From NCBI GenBank assembly GCA_010093995.1, contig ML992502.1, forward strand, positions 2,488,728 to 2,552,727: 64,000 nt of DNA, given 5' to 3'. Origin of the DNA: Elsinoe ampelina. Lineage: Eukaryota. Both the position numbers and the translations under genes were made by a program. The notes below the pieces were generated by a model, which was not told the DNA's origin, did not search any database, and worked only from the letters and a program-made list of their open reading frames with translations. Below, piece after piece: positions 51,112-62,220 of this stretch (positions within the stretch are counted from its first letter, which is position 1; the number at the start of each line of letters is the position of its first letter).

Positions 51112-51705
51112 ATGTGCTACCAGATTGCTTCGGAGCGGATTTGCGGTCATGTCGAAGTCACACACCCGTCAATATGTCCTGGCCCTGCAACATTGTGCAA
51201 GTCAATCCTGGTCGAGTTCCGACGTCCGGCAAAGGAGGACAGACTGTGCTTCAAGTGTGATCCTCCACTGGCGACATGGAGAGCAAAGGAGGTCCACTGG
51301 TATGGGTACTTACGGGAGGATAGCTCTTCCATCTGGCGGCAGATCATCCAGGAGCTGCACGAGGATGACACAATAGCCAAGGTGGAAGAGATCTACGCAG
51401 CTCAAGAGAAGGAAGACAGACGAAGCCTAGGGAGAAGTCTGGAAAGGTTGGCAAGCCTGATTCGGGGACGGCCAGACAAGACAAGGCTGTCCCGGGATCG
51501 AGCTGTAGAGGTGGAGCACATTCTGATGTGGGACGAGGAACCGAGGAGGACGATGACCATCAGCCGGGCCAGGCAAAGGGTCGTGAAGAGGTTTCTTGAG
51601 GGGTCGAGGCTGTGCTCGAAAGAGATCATGGGTTCGAGCAGCGTGACGGAGTTTGACCGGGCAAATTTTCGGCCAGTAGACCTTGGGTTTCCTCAATGGA
51701 GATGA
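51112..51705 (+). CDS. Met-Cys cysteine-cluster protein G (197 aa)
   Basis: CACCATG context; MCYQIASERICGH..C..C..CFKC; helical, charged tail. Confidence 0.78.
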   Translation: MCYQIASERICGHVEVTHPSICPGPATLCKSILVEFRRPAKEDRLCFKCDPPLATWRAKEVHWYGYLREDSSSIWRQIIQELHEDDTIAKVEEIYAAQEKEDRRSLGRSLERLASLIRGRPDKTRLSRDRAVEVEHILMWDEEPRRTMTISRARQRVVKRFLEGSRLCSKEIMGSSSVTEFDRANFRPVDLGFPQWR

Positions 51706-53143
51706 TTTGCCACACGCTTGAAGCAATGCTGTGAGTCTGCCGCTGTCCTTCCCTCCTGATCGTTGGCGTTGATTGGTCCGATGGTAGTCAACATTGGCAA
51801 AGCTGGCGGCGAGAACAATGTTGTGGTAGTTCAATCAGGCTGAGTTGATCTCATGTGTTCATTCCCTCTCCATGCGCGTCGCCAGAGCTCCCCAACGGAA
51901 GTCTCTTCTCATTTGGCTGAATGGGTGTTCGGCATCAACGATCAGGAGTGAGGTGGATACCAGCTCGCAGCCACAATCTATGTGTGGCACAGCTGCGACA
52001 AAGCTCGGATGCGACCGAAAGATTGCTTGCATGATTGCGTCGAGGTTGTGATGACCGAAAAGCCGGGAAAAAGGGGTTATGGAGGAGGTGGGTCCAGGCA
52101 AAAGCAAAAGCGACATTCAAAACGAAGACGACGCCAAAAGAGCCCGCGCTCGATCTAAGACGTGCAGATGCGGCAGCCCCGACACTACTCAAGACCAGTG
52201 CTACTGCAGACGATTTGAAATCTGCAAACAAAGTTGGCTCCAAGTCACGCCCCATGCGCCCCCATCGCCGTGACGATGCCATGTTTATCTTGCAATCACA
52301 CCGGAAGCATCCCTGCAAGCTCGCTGCACACTTCCTACAATTTCATGGCTGGCTGATGGCCAATATCTGCTAGCCGAGGCATAGCATGGCATCTTTTGGC
52401 AAATGGTCGTGGTATAGACGTTGGTGTCTCGTGTTGTTCATCTAAAAGCAACCTCGGGCACTACTTGAAGATCGACAATGGTTCCCCCGAACCAGGTGAG
52501 CCGCTGACAGATGGGCAAGTGAAAGAGAGGCGATCATTCCGGGGAGATACCAACCAAGTTCGGTTGTCGGGCATGCCCACGAGACGGCGATATAAAGAAA
52601 AAGGAGATGAGCTGAGACGGACAAGGACTTGCAGGAGCAGACGCCACGCCCGCTATGCCACGCGATTGGCCGCTAGCTGTCAAACGAGGTTCGGCCCGGA
52701 CGAGCAGTGGAGATTTTTCAGCCGCCCAGGCTACCGCTTTACGAAGAGTAATGCCGCCCGTACCTGATCTGCCAGCCTTGAGACGGCCGACTCGCCGATT
52801 TAATCTCGACATATGCACGACCAACACCCAAAACTCGCCCAAAGCAAACTCGGGCCAACACGCTGACGGCCTGTTCATCCCTGTTGGGCTATCAAACCTG
52901 CCGTACGAGGTCATTTGCAACCGAAGAAAGCAGCCATGCTGACTTCACCCACCGCTGCCCTCTCCGCTCGGTCCAGGTGCTCTACCCATGAGATGGGTTG
53001 ATCTGATAGACTTCTCTCCTTTTGCTCTGCATTGTCCGACCTTCATTCTCTCTTCATGACCGTTTAGCACTCTTGACCGCTCTGGCTGGTCCTCTCTCTG
53101 TCCGCTCAACGTCTCTGTCGACCATCACCACACGGCCCCCGAC

Positions 53144-54142
53144 ATGTCATTCCTTACCAGAGCTGCAGTTGCATTTGCATTCTTTACACTCGTTTCAGCA
53201 CAGACGACTTGCTATTACCCAGACAAGACCATAGCCTCGACAGATATCCCATGTAGCAGTAATGGACAAGCCACGCACTGCTGTCCTTCAGATTCGTTCT
53301 GTATGAGCAATGGGCTCTGTGCGGGAGGAGGTGTCTTGTCAAGAGCTTCATGCACGGATCAGACATGGGGGGCAGATCAGTGCGCGAGAGTGTGCCGAGA
53401 CAGTATGGCATCCTAAACAGATCACTTGACACCTGCTGACTTTCATACAGCAAACCCGGCGAGCAGGGTATCACTTACACCTTGTGGAGGACAGAGCTTC
53501 GCCTGCGGACTGAATACAACTTCATGCCAGACAGGACAGGGCATCGTCACTTTCGAACGACCAACCGCGCTTGTCCTCAGACCGGCCCAAGTAGCAGCGT
53601 TACTCGCAGCACAAGGTATCAACACGACCACCCCTTCGCCCTCACCAACACAGACCGCATCCGAGGAGCCACTCTATGTGGACGGCCAACGCATGTACCC
53701 TAGCTCAACCGTCCTTGCTCTTGGACTCGGCATGGGCTTCCCACTCGCATTCCTCGTCATCGCAGTCATCGTCATGTACCGAAAATTAAGAGCAAGGGCA
53801 CCACGGGATATGTATGACCCGCCAGATCAACCTCCTGTACCCATGGTGGCCAGATCGGTCTCATCACGACCCTCCACTTCGTCAATTGGACGCTCACCAA
53901 CAATCCATACCATGCACTCTTCGCATACACTCCACGAACCGGCTACCATGCCAAGATCATTCCTCGACCGCTACGCGCAGAAGGCTAAAGAAGATCCCGA
54001 AGTACACGAAATCGATATGGGCAATCCGAGATACGAGCTGGGTCCCAATCACGTTGGACGAAGTCTCTCTCGAGCTGAGCTCAACGGTTCGCAGCCGGTG
54101 GACACGTGGAGGAAGGTCAGCAAAGAGCCGATAGGGTACTGA
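53144..54142 (+). CDS. Signal peptide + Cys-rich ectodomain + Ser/Thr linker + single TM + cytoplasmic tail (Mid2/WSC-like sensor architecture)
   Basis: MSFLTRAAVAFAFFTLVSA; TCYYPD..CC..C.SNGLC..RASCTDQTW; TM LALGLGMGFPLAFLVIAVIVMYRK; tail motifs HEID and RYEL. Intron near 53403-53450. Confidence 0.82.
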
Positions 54143-54534
54143 GAACAATATCCATCACTTGACGATAATGAACCTGCATGGTACCTGGATGAATGTGCAT
54201 GAATGGCTGGTTCCTGGTGGGCATGATCCAAGGATGTACCAACACTCTTATTGTATTAAAACATTTGGCTGTAGAAAGGACAAGACAGTCTGATAATCAG
54301 AGACGTATATATTACTATTCTCACATGTGCCCGCTCGTCGGGTTCAGCCACTACAATCACTGCAATGTGTCGCGGTCACACGTAAATAGTCGCACTTTCC
54401 GCTTCCATTCTACCCACTGGAAGCACGGAAAAGAACACATCAGGCTGGCTTCATACACCGAAGAACACAACATTACATCCCACACATCATCTACTCAATC
54501 GAATATCAGAATCATTCGAACAGCATTCGACTAC

Positions 54535-57500
54535 ATGGCATCCCTTCTATTATCCGCATCTCTCCTCGCCTGCATCGCTTCCGCTTTGCCTCTTAATTCC
54601 CCGCTTCTGCCTGCCTATGACTACATCAGTCAGTCGCGTTTGCTATCTACCTGACGTTTGCTGACACTACGCAGTTGTCGGAGGTGGTGCATCAGGTCTC
54701 ACTGTTGCGAATCGACTATCAGAGGATCCATCCGTCACAGTCCTTGTCATCGAAGCCGGAGAAGCAGATCAAGCTGAACCGTCAGTTCGATCGCCATTCC
54801 TTGCAGGTCAGAACATTGCCAGTCGATACGATTGGAACATCACAACAGCTCCGCAAACGTCTCTCGACGGTAACCCTCGAAGGATTTCGCAAGGCCGTGT
54901 GCTTGGGGGCGGAACCACAATCGGAGGTCTGTTATGGGGTCGACCAAACAAAGGAGACCTAGATGACTGGGTGCGTTTGGGTAATCCCGGATAGGGCTGG
55001 GATGATCTCCTGCCGTATTTCAGAAAGGTATGACAAGTCACTGGTGACTGCAGAGCATCTCTGACGAATCCTAGACCGAGTCTTACTTTGCCGGACTGTC
55101 TCGTCGTCAAGAGGTAGCTGGACCGACAGCCCAGCAACTTGATGCATTTGGCTACACTGGACCGGTACAAGTCAGCTATCCCGCCTATGCTTATAATCAG
55201 TCTTCGAGCATACTCGCTGGACTCAACGAGCTCGGCTTTCCGAGTATGGCAGACATGAGCTCTGGAGAAATGTCCGGCGCGGCTGTTTTACCTTTGACCG
55301 TAGACCCGTCCACGAATGAGAGATCGGACGCACGCACTGCTTATCTGGACCCGTATCTCGCCAGACCCAATCTCAATATCGTCACTGGTCATACAGCGAC
55401 CCGATTACTTTTCGAGAATTCGTCCAGTGTCACCACGCCAGCTTTCGCCTTCAATGGTAGCACAGCCATTGCCAGTCTGCTTCCCCTCCAAAGTGGTATC
55501 CGACAACGCTCAGAAGGGACCGAGAATGCAGCTCCGGCCGGCTCCTGGTCTTGGAAAAGAAGTCAACGTGCCAATCTACCTCACATCATCCGACGTCAGC
55601 AGGTCCAAAACACATTTCTCCGCCCAAACGGTCTGAGAATCAGTGGCGTTGAGGTAGGATCTTGCTACGTCGTTGCGTGGCTCAGAGCTAACACGATGAA
55701 GCTAGCTACCAGTGCCGTCAGCGTGAGGCGAACAGTCAGCGCCACTCAAGAAGTCATCCTTGCCGCAGGCACAATCAATACGCCTCAGCTGCTAAAGCTC
55801 TCTGGTATCGGTCCTTCGCAGGAGCTTCAAGCAAGACAGATTACAAGCAGGATTGATCTGGTTGGAGTAGGAGCCAACTTGCAAGATCACTATCTTTTGA
55901 GCCTGACATGTATGCCGCTTCGTCGTTCCCAATCTACAAACCTTCTGACATCTACCAGATCCCTCTCGATCCTCCCGCTTCACCTCTGGAGGTCTTGTGC
56001 GCAATTTGACCAATGTAACGTCCTCGGTCGGTCCACAAGAAGCAATTGTCTTGCCACCTCTGGCTCGAGTTTCCAATCGCACAACACAGCTCACCGCAAC
56101 TATCCAGTCTCAGACCATCGCCGAGTATCTGCTGCCCGGAACAGATACAACCATCGTCACCGGCTTTCAAGCACAACGTACGTTTCTTCTGGAAGCCTTC
56201 CTCAGTACCACAAGGTCGTTCTAGGAGATGATTGGATCGAATGAGGGAGGCTGGGCGATTGTGAATAGACGGTCACTGTCACGGGGGACAGTCACACTCG
56301 CATCCTCGTCCCCCTTTGAAGCACCCAACGTTGATCCTCGCTACGGCGTCAATTCAGTCGATATCGAGCTGCTGATTGAATCAGTCATGTTTGCAGAGAG
56401 ACTGTTCATGACTGCTCCTTTTCGCACCACCAATAGCTCGGCGCTCCGCTCGATCATGTCGTCATCTAACATGCAGACTATCGTACAACTTGTTCAGGAG
56501 CGTGTACAGACATCATACGGTCTAGTCGGAACAGCCTCGATGTTACCTCGGACTTTAGGTGGTGTGGTCGACTCGCAACTCCTGGTGTACGGGACCACCA
56601 ATCTCAGAGTGGTCGATGCGAGTGTCATGCCACTGATCCCAGCAAGCAATCTACAAGCTGTCGTCTACGCCATTGCAGAGAAGGCGGCTGATCTGATTCG
56701 AGTGGCAAGGACTGGATCTGCAGTGTCTTTACAAAGCAGCCAGACATCGAACTCAGCAGCATCATCGATCAACAGCTCGATAGGCCCAGGAGTCTCTGCG
56801 TCACGATCCATTTCGACAGGTACCGCCAGTCCCGTAGCCATATTTTCAAACACGATTAATTCGGCCCCAGTCTTGTCGGACCTCTCCGGAGCACGATCAA
56901 CCCTATCGAACATCTTCGGCAGTTCTTTGCCTCGGACTCTGGCTTCACAAACGACAGTACCATCCACAACGGCGCCCTCATCAATCAGTACCACGACATC
57001 AGGACTGACCAATGTGCGGACAACTTCTCACGCAGCTCCTTCGAATCTGCCGGCTAGATCTACCTCTACAGCTCCAGGCACCAGCTCGGACTCTCAAGCT
57101 CAGGGAGTGACTGGTATTTTGGGTTCCAGCGATGCTAGGTCTACAATACTGGCGACATTTGGGACTTTCGGCACGGGTATGGTCATGTTGAGGCCAGGAA
57201 GCTCGCAGCCAGCAGCATCCTTGACCTTGTCAGACACTGGAATTACACGCTCGACAATACTTGGTACGTTCGGCACTACAGGCACTGGCGTCGTGGTGGT
57301 CAATGTACCCGCGCTTCAAGGACCGACGAACACTCCTCAGGCTAGCTCAGCCGTGACCACCACTTCACAGCCGTTTGTGGCCGCGATGAACTCATCAGCC
57401 TCACCAATGGGCAACTCCAGTATTTCTAGCACGCTTGTAGTGAGACCCACCTCCACGATGGTGGACAATCTTGTCATCCGTACCGTGCCATCTGGCTTGC

Positions 57501-59308
57501 AGCTACTCAACGACACCACACCAGGATGTACCACAAGGTGTCCAATGCCAGTATATGTCACAACTGTTTAGCGGACGGTCATAACTTCTGTCTCGATCAG
57601 CACCATGTCACACTTGTCTCCTACCTTGGTGGCTTCTAGCTTGTCGTATCCATGCACCACTTTGACAATAATCAGGACCAGTACTCTCAGTATCACTCAG
57701 CCTGGCTATGCAACACATCCCACGACAGTCCCATACCGGATTTCTACCGTGGTCCTACCTCTGATACTGTATCTGTCCCAACAACTCGTGCATCCGGCTT
57801 CTGCGGTCGCATCGTCGATGGTCGGAGCTGCACCACATCCCACGGCCGCCACTCCTGCTATACAGACGATCCCGCCACTGACGGACAGTCTGCATCCTGC
57901 ATCTATTGTGACTGTAGCACCCGCTGTCTCGTACGCTATTTCATCCTACTCTGGGGCGACGTCAACAATCTCTGGTACCCATCCCAGTGTCAATGGGTCA
58001 GGCTTGGTCACCACAATCACTTCATCACATCCTACAGGCGTGACAGTGTATGTGACGACAATCTATACCATGGCATCACCATCCGCTCCGACCTCGACGA
58101 ATACCAACCCATCATCCAGCAATACCCTCAATTCAGCGGGCGTAGCATCAACGACCACACTCACGAGTCCTTCTTCGACGACTACCTTTGACAGTGCTTC
58201 TGGGGCTTCTGTGTTTTCCGTCGCAATGGCAAGCGCAATGTCCTCCTTGTTCACACAGACGGTCACCACTGCAGCTTCGGGGTCAACATCGACGTCTTCG
58301 CCATCCTTATCCACGTACTTGAGTACCGTGACGACTGTAGTGACAGTAGTGACAGGCTCTGGCACGGCTTCGACTTTGTGGCAATCTACGTGCCCATGCT
58401 CGACGAGCACAAATTTCGCTGGTCCAGCTGGTACAGCCACTACTTCGGCCCCGAGTCAGTCATCTGTTGTATCGCCTGGGCCAAGTTCAGTCCCCCCATC
58501 AGGAGTGCCGTCCGCCACTTCAGCAGTCAATTCGATCGCGTCATCGGCTGCAAATTCGTTTGCGAGCAGTGCATCTTCAGCGGCATCCATGGCAGCATCC
58601 ATGTATGGGTCTTCGGCAACTTCCATGGCATCCTCGATGGCGTCGTCATTCCAGTCAACGGCATCTCAGATCGCATCGTCTGCCGCCTCCAATTTCAGAT
58701 CTTCGGCTTCCCAGATCGCCAGCTCTGCTGCATCGGTGCACGGTACAACCGCCCCAGCAGTGGCGAGCTCTGCCATCTCGAGTCTTGGTACTGCAGCGGC
58801 AGCTCAAATGAGTAGCCACATTTCAAGCGCCTTGGCCCGTCCAAGTGTCACTACCACGACTGTTGCACCCTCGTCAGCATCAAGACCTGTGTCCACTGTC
58901 ACTTCGTCACCAACAGCTTCGACTTCGCGACCCGGGTCGACAGTCACCTCATCCCCTGCAGCCTCAACAAGGACGTCTTCGCCAGGTGTTTCGACAATCA
59001 CTTCGTCCCCGAGCCTGAGCACCAGAACAAGCAGTCCAAGTCTTTCGACACTGACCTCGACCATCTTGACGAACAATCAGAGAACCACTTTGACAAGCAT
59101 CGTGACACCGAGCACAAGCAGTAGACCAGGGAGCACAAGTACTCAGAGCTCGATCAACCGCACATCGCCGCCGATTACGGGTGCAGCCACCAGCTCGGTG
59201 GGCGTCATCACCTCGACGGTCACAAGAGCGATGGCTGGAAAGGAGAAGCAGCCGAACGAGGGCTTGGTCCTGGCTGTGGCCCTGGCTCTTCTTGGAGTCT
59301 TGATGTGA
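54535..59308 (+). pseudogene. Secreted GMC oxidoreductase (AA3) domain fused to a Ser/Thr-rich tail of over 800 aa with a hydrophobic C-terminus; interrupted by three in-frame TAG codons
   Basis: Signal peptide; YDYI|VGGGASG, VLVIEAG, GRVLGGG, EVILAAG, VGANLQDH, LSRGTV, GGVVDSQL and LRVVDASVMP. Four introns. In-frame TAG at 54992, 56222 and 57569; reading frames stay continuous across all three. Confidence 0.75.
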
Positions 59309-59662
59309 TTGTGAGACCCGTCGTGATCGCGGGAAGGGGTGGACCAGAATGGTAGATTAGAATAATTCATCACATAACATCTTGATCAAGAATGGAACCG
59401 CTTTCAGATTGCTCTAAATCTTCTTGCGTTTCTAAGTGTGTCAGTATGACTTTGATGAAATCACTTCCATTCCCAGTGTTGTGAAAGGTGTGGAGAAGCC
59501 ACGACGCTGAACAGCCAGCCCCGTCCTCGAACTTCCATCAACAGCTCGCGCTTTTTCCTTCAGTACTTGCACCACAGTACACTAGTACCTCGGCATCGAA
59601 TTCCAATCTAACCACTGAGGATGCCTTGACCTCAATTCAATCTGGGACAAATCATCATTCTC

Positions 59663-61515
59663 ATGACAAAAATGGCACCCACAACGCAACCCTCGCGGAC
59701 CACCACGCCGCGGGATCTTGTCAACACGCTGCTGCGAATAGCGAATGACCCATGGCATTTGATTTGGTTGTGTCCATTGTTGGTCTTGGGGGATATGATC
59801 TTGACGGCTGGGGTGATTTGGAAGATACCTTGTGAGTGGATTTTGATGGTTCATTGTGTTGTTTACACGGGCTTGGGGGGTGGTGGTGGACGGCTGAGAG
59901 GGGAAAGAGACTGGGGTGCTCGATGGGGGATTGGGAGGGGGGGATCGAGGGGGTTGGGAGCGATTGATCTTGCTGATGGACGCTGGATGGGGATGTGATT
60001 TGGGATGGGTCATGGATCCCATTGCTCCACCTCTTCGGCAGCCCTCAACCCAATCCGATATCCCTTCGAGCCACGCCTCCTTGGACTGGATTTGCTCGAA
60101 ACGCTACTTCTCGAGCCACTGTCCGCCTCATCTCCTTCCTACCAATCCCCCCTCTCCCTCCCTCTCAATCCCCTCACCTCTTCCCTCGACTCATCCACCC
60201 GCCCCATTCCCTCCCCACAAACCCCAATACACCCTCACTAACCCCCTCCCCTCCAGACACCGAAATCGACTGGCGCGCCTACATGCAACAAATCACCCTC
60301 TACCTCTCCGGCGAACGCAACTACCTCAAACTAACCGGGCAAACCGGCCCCCTCGTCTACCCAGCCATGCACGTACACATCTACCACCTGCTCTCCCACC
60401 TCACCTCTTCGGGCAACGACATCCTCCTCGCGCAAACCCTGTTCGCGGGGCTGTACCTCGCCACCCTCGCGCTTGTCACGCAGTGCTATCGTCTAGCGGG
60501 GGTGCCGCCGTGGGTGTACCCCCTTTTGGTGATGAGCAAGCGGCTGCACTCGGTGTACGTGCTGCGGCTGTTCAACGATTGCTTTGCGGTTTTTTTTCTC
60601 TGGGCGGGGATATACCTCTTCCAGACCGGACGGTTCAGGGCGGGGGCGTTGGCGTACTCGCTCGGGGTCGGGGTGAAGATGTCCCTCCTTCTTGCGTTGC
60701 CGGCGGTCGGGGTGGTGTTGTATCTTGCGCAAGGAGCGGGAGGGGCGTTGGGGAGTGCGATGGTCATGGTGCAGTATCAGGTGTTGATGGCGTGGCCTTT
60801 TGTGGGGTACCCGAGGGAGTATTTGGGTAGGGCGTTTGAGTTTGGGAGGAGGTTCGAGTGGAAGTGGACTGTGAATTGGCGGTGGGTGGGGAGGGAGGTG
60901 TTTGAGGATGAGAGGTTCGCGAGGGGGTTGATGGTGGGGCATGTGGTGGTGCTAGGGGGGTTTGTGGTGGAGAGGTGGTTGAGGGAGGCGGGGACTGGGG
61001 TGGGGGAGGTGCTGAAGAGTTTGGTCTACCCGGTGAGCGAGGCGAGGAAGAGGGCGTTGAAGGGGAAGGTCACGCCTGAGTTTGTGCTCACGACGGTACT
61101 CACGGCAAATGTTATTGGGATGTTGTTTGCGAGGAGTTTGCATTATCAGTTCTACAGCTGGTTGGCGTGGGGTACGCCGTATTTGCTTTGGAGGAGCGGG
61201 CAGAGTCCGCTGGCGGTTGTTGGAGTGTGGTTCGGGCAGGAAGTGGCGTGGAATATCTACCCGAGTACGAAGAATAGCTCGATGATGGTGGTGGTATGGT
61301 TGGCGGCGCAAGTGTATGGGGTGTGGGCGGCGCCGAGGGTGGAGGAGTTGTGGAAGCATCAGGAGCAGATTGCAAAGGGCGAGAAAGAGGTGCCAAAGGT
61401 GGAGGCGACTCCTGCGAAGCCCAATGGGTGCCAGGCCGTCAAGGACGATATCGATGCTGTGCCTTCGCCGAGAGAGACTGCTTCGCCTGGAAAGAGGAAG
61501 ACTCGGAAACGCTGA
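59663..61515 (+). CDS. ALG3: Dol-P-Man:Man5GlcNAc2-PP-Dol alpha-1,3-mannosyltransferase Alg3
   Basis: KIP|YTEIDWRAYMQQ across intron 59832-60256; GQTGPLVYPA, SKRLHSVYVLRLFND, WTVNWR and ARSLHYQFY. Start at 59663 or 59672. Confidence 0.93.
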
Positions 61516-61785
61516 CCGGCCTTTTCGGGGTCCTAGATACTTTGCAGTCTCAGACTCGGGTGTATCGCTACTGGCGGCCACCAAGACCCATACTCGTCGA
61601 TAGCCAAGTTCCATGACCGAGTCCTGTCATCCGATCCATGTATAAACTATTCCGAGGTCATCTGTATGGATCTTGCTGGATGCAACGGTCCCCCTGGTCC
61701 TGCATATCATCATGATGAGTGCAGCAACAAGCCCTCGTCAAGCTTCTTCATATAGTATATGAAGCGTAATTATCACTCCAGGTCT

Positions 61786-62220
61786 TCACCCCTCATCCTC
61801 CCCCTCCGAGTCCGAAGGCGGCATCATCCCCACCCTCTCCTCCTCACTATCACTCTCCTCCCACCCTCTCCTCCCCGTCTTGAACTCGGCAGGCCAATAC
61901 CCCATCTTCATCCACCTCTTCTCATCCCTCACAATATTCACAATCTCTCCCGCGATCTTGTTCTCCCTCTCCGCCAGTGTCGAGGTGTCCACCACCACGT
62001 AAGACCCGCGCTTGACCCATATCGTGGAGCGGAACTTTTGGGCGAGTTCGACGAGGAGGCTGTCTGATTCGGGGGACGGGGAAGAGGGAGGCGTGACGTG
62101 GTAGAGGTTGTTACCGGCTGCGCGGAGGATGCGGCAGATTTGCTGCGAGGGGGGCAGGGTGGAGGGCGGGGTGAGGGTTTCTTCGGCCGCGGCGAGGATG
62201 TTGCGGCGGGGTTTGGGCAT
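61786..62220 (-). CDS. eIF1A-domain (S1/OB-fold) RNA-binding protein, EIF1AD-like
   Basis: AAGNNLYHV, ELAQKFRSTIWVKRGSYVVV, KIAGEI, GYWPAEF and an acidic tail. Confidence 0.88.
   Translation of the reverse strand: MPKPRRNILAAAEETLTPPSTLPPSQQICRILRAAGNNLYHVTPPSSPSPESDSLLVELAQKFRSTIWVKRGSYVVVDTSTLAERENKIAGEIVNIVRDEKRWMKMGYWPAEFKTGRRGWEESDSEEERVGMMPPSDSEGEDEG

Noticed and set aside
51980..52051. Short ORF MCGTAATKLGCDRKIAC as an eighth Met-Cys gene
   Set aside because: It has C2 and C11 but stops after 23 codons, has a poor start context and no CxxC. It could be a relic but is not supportable.
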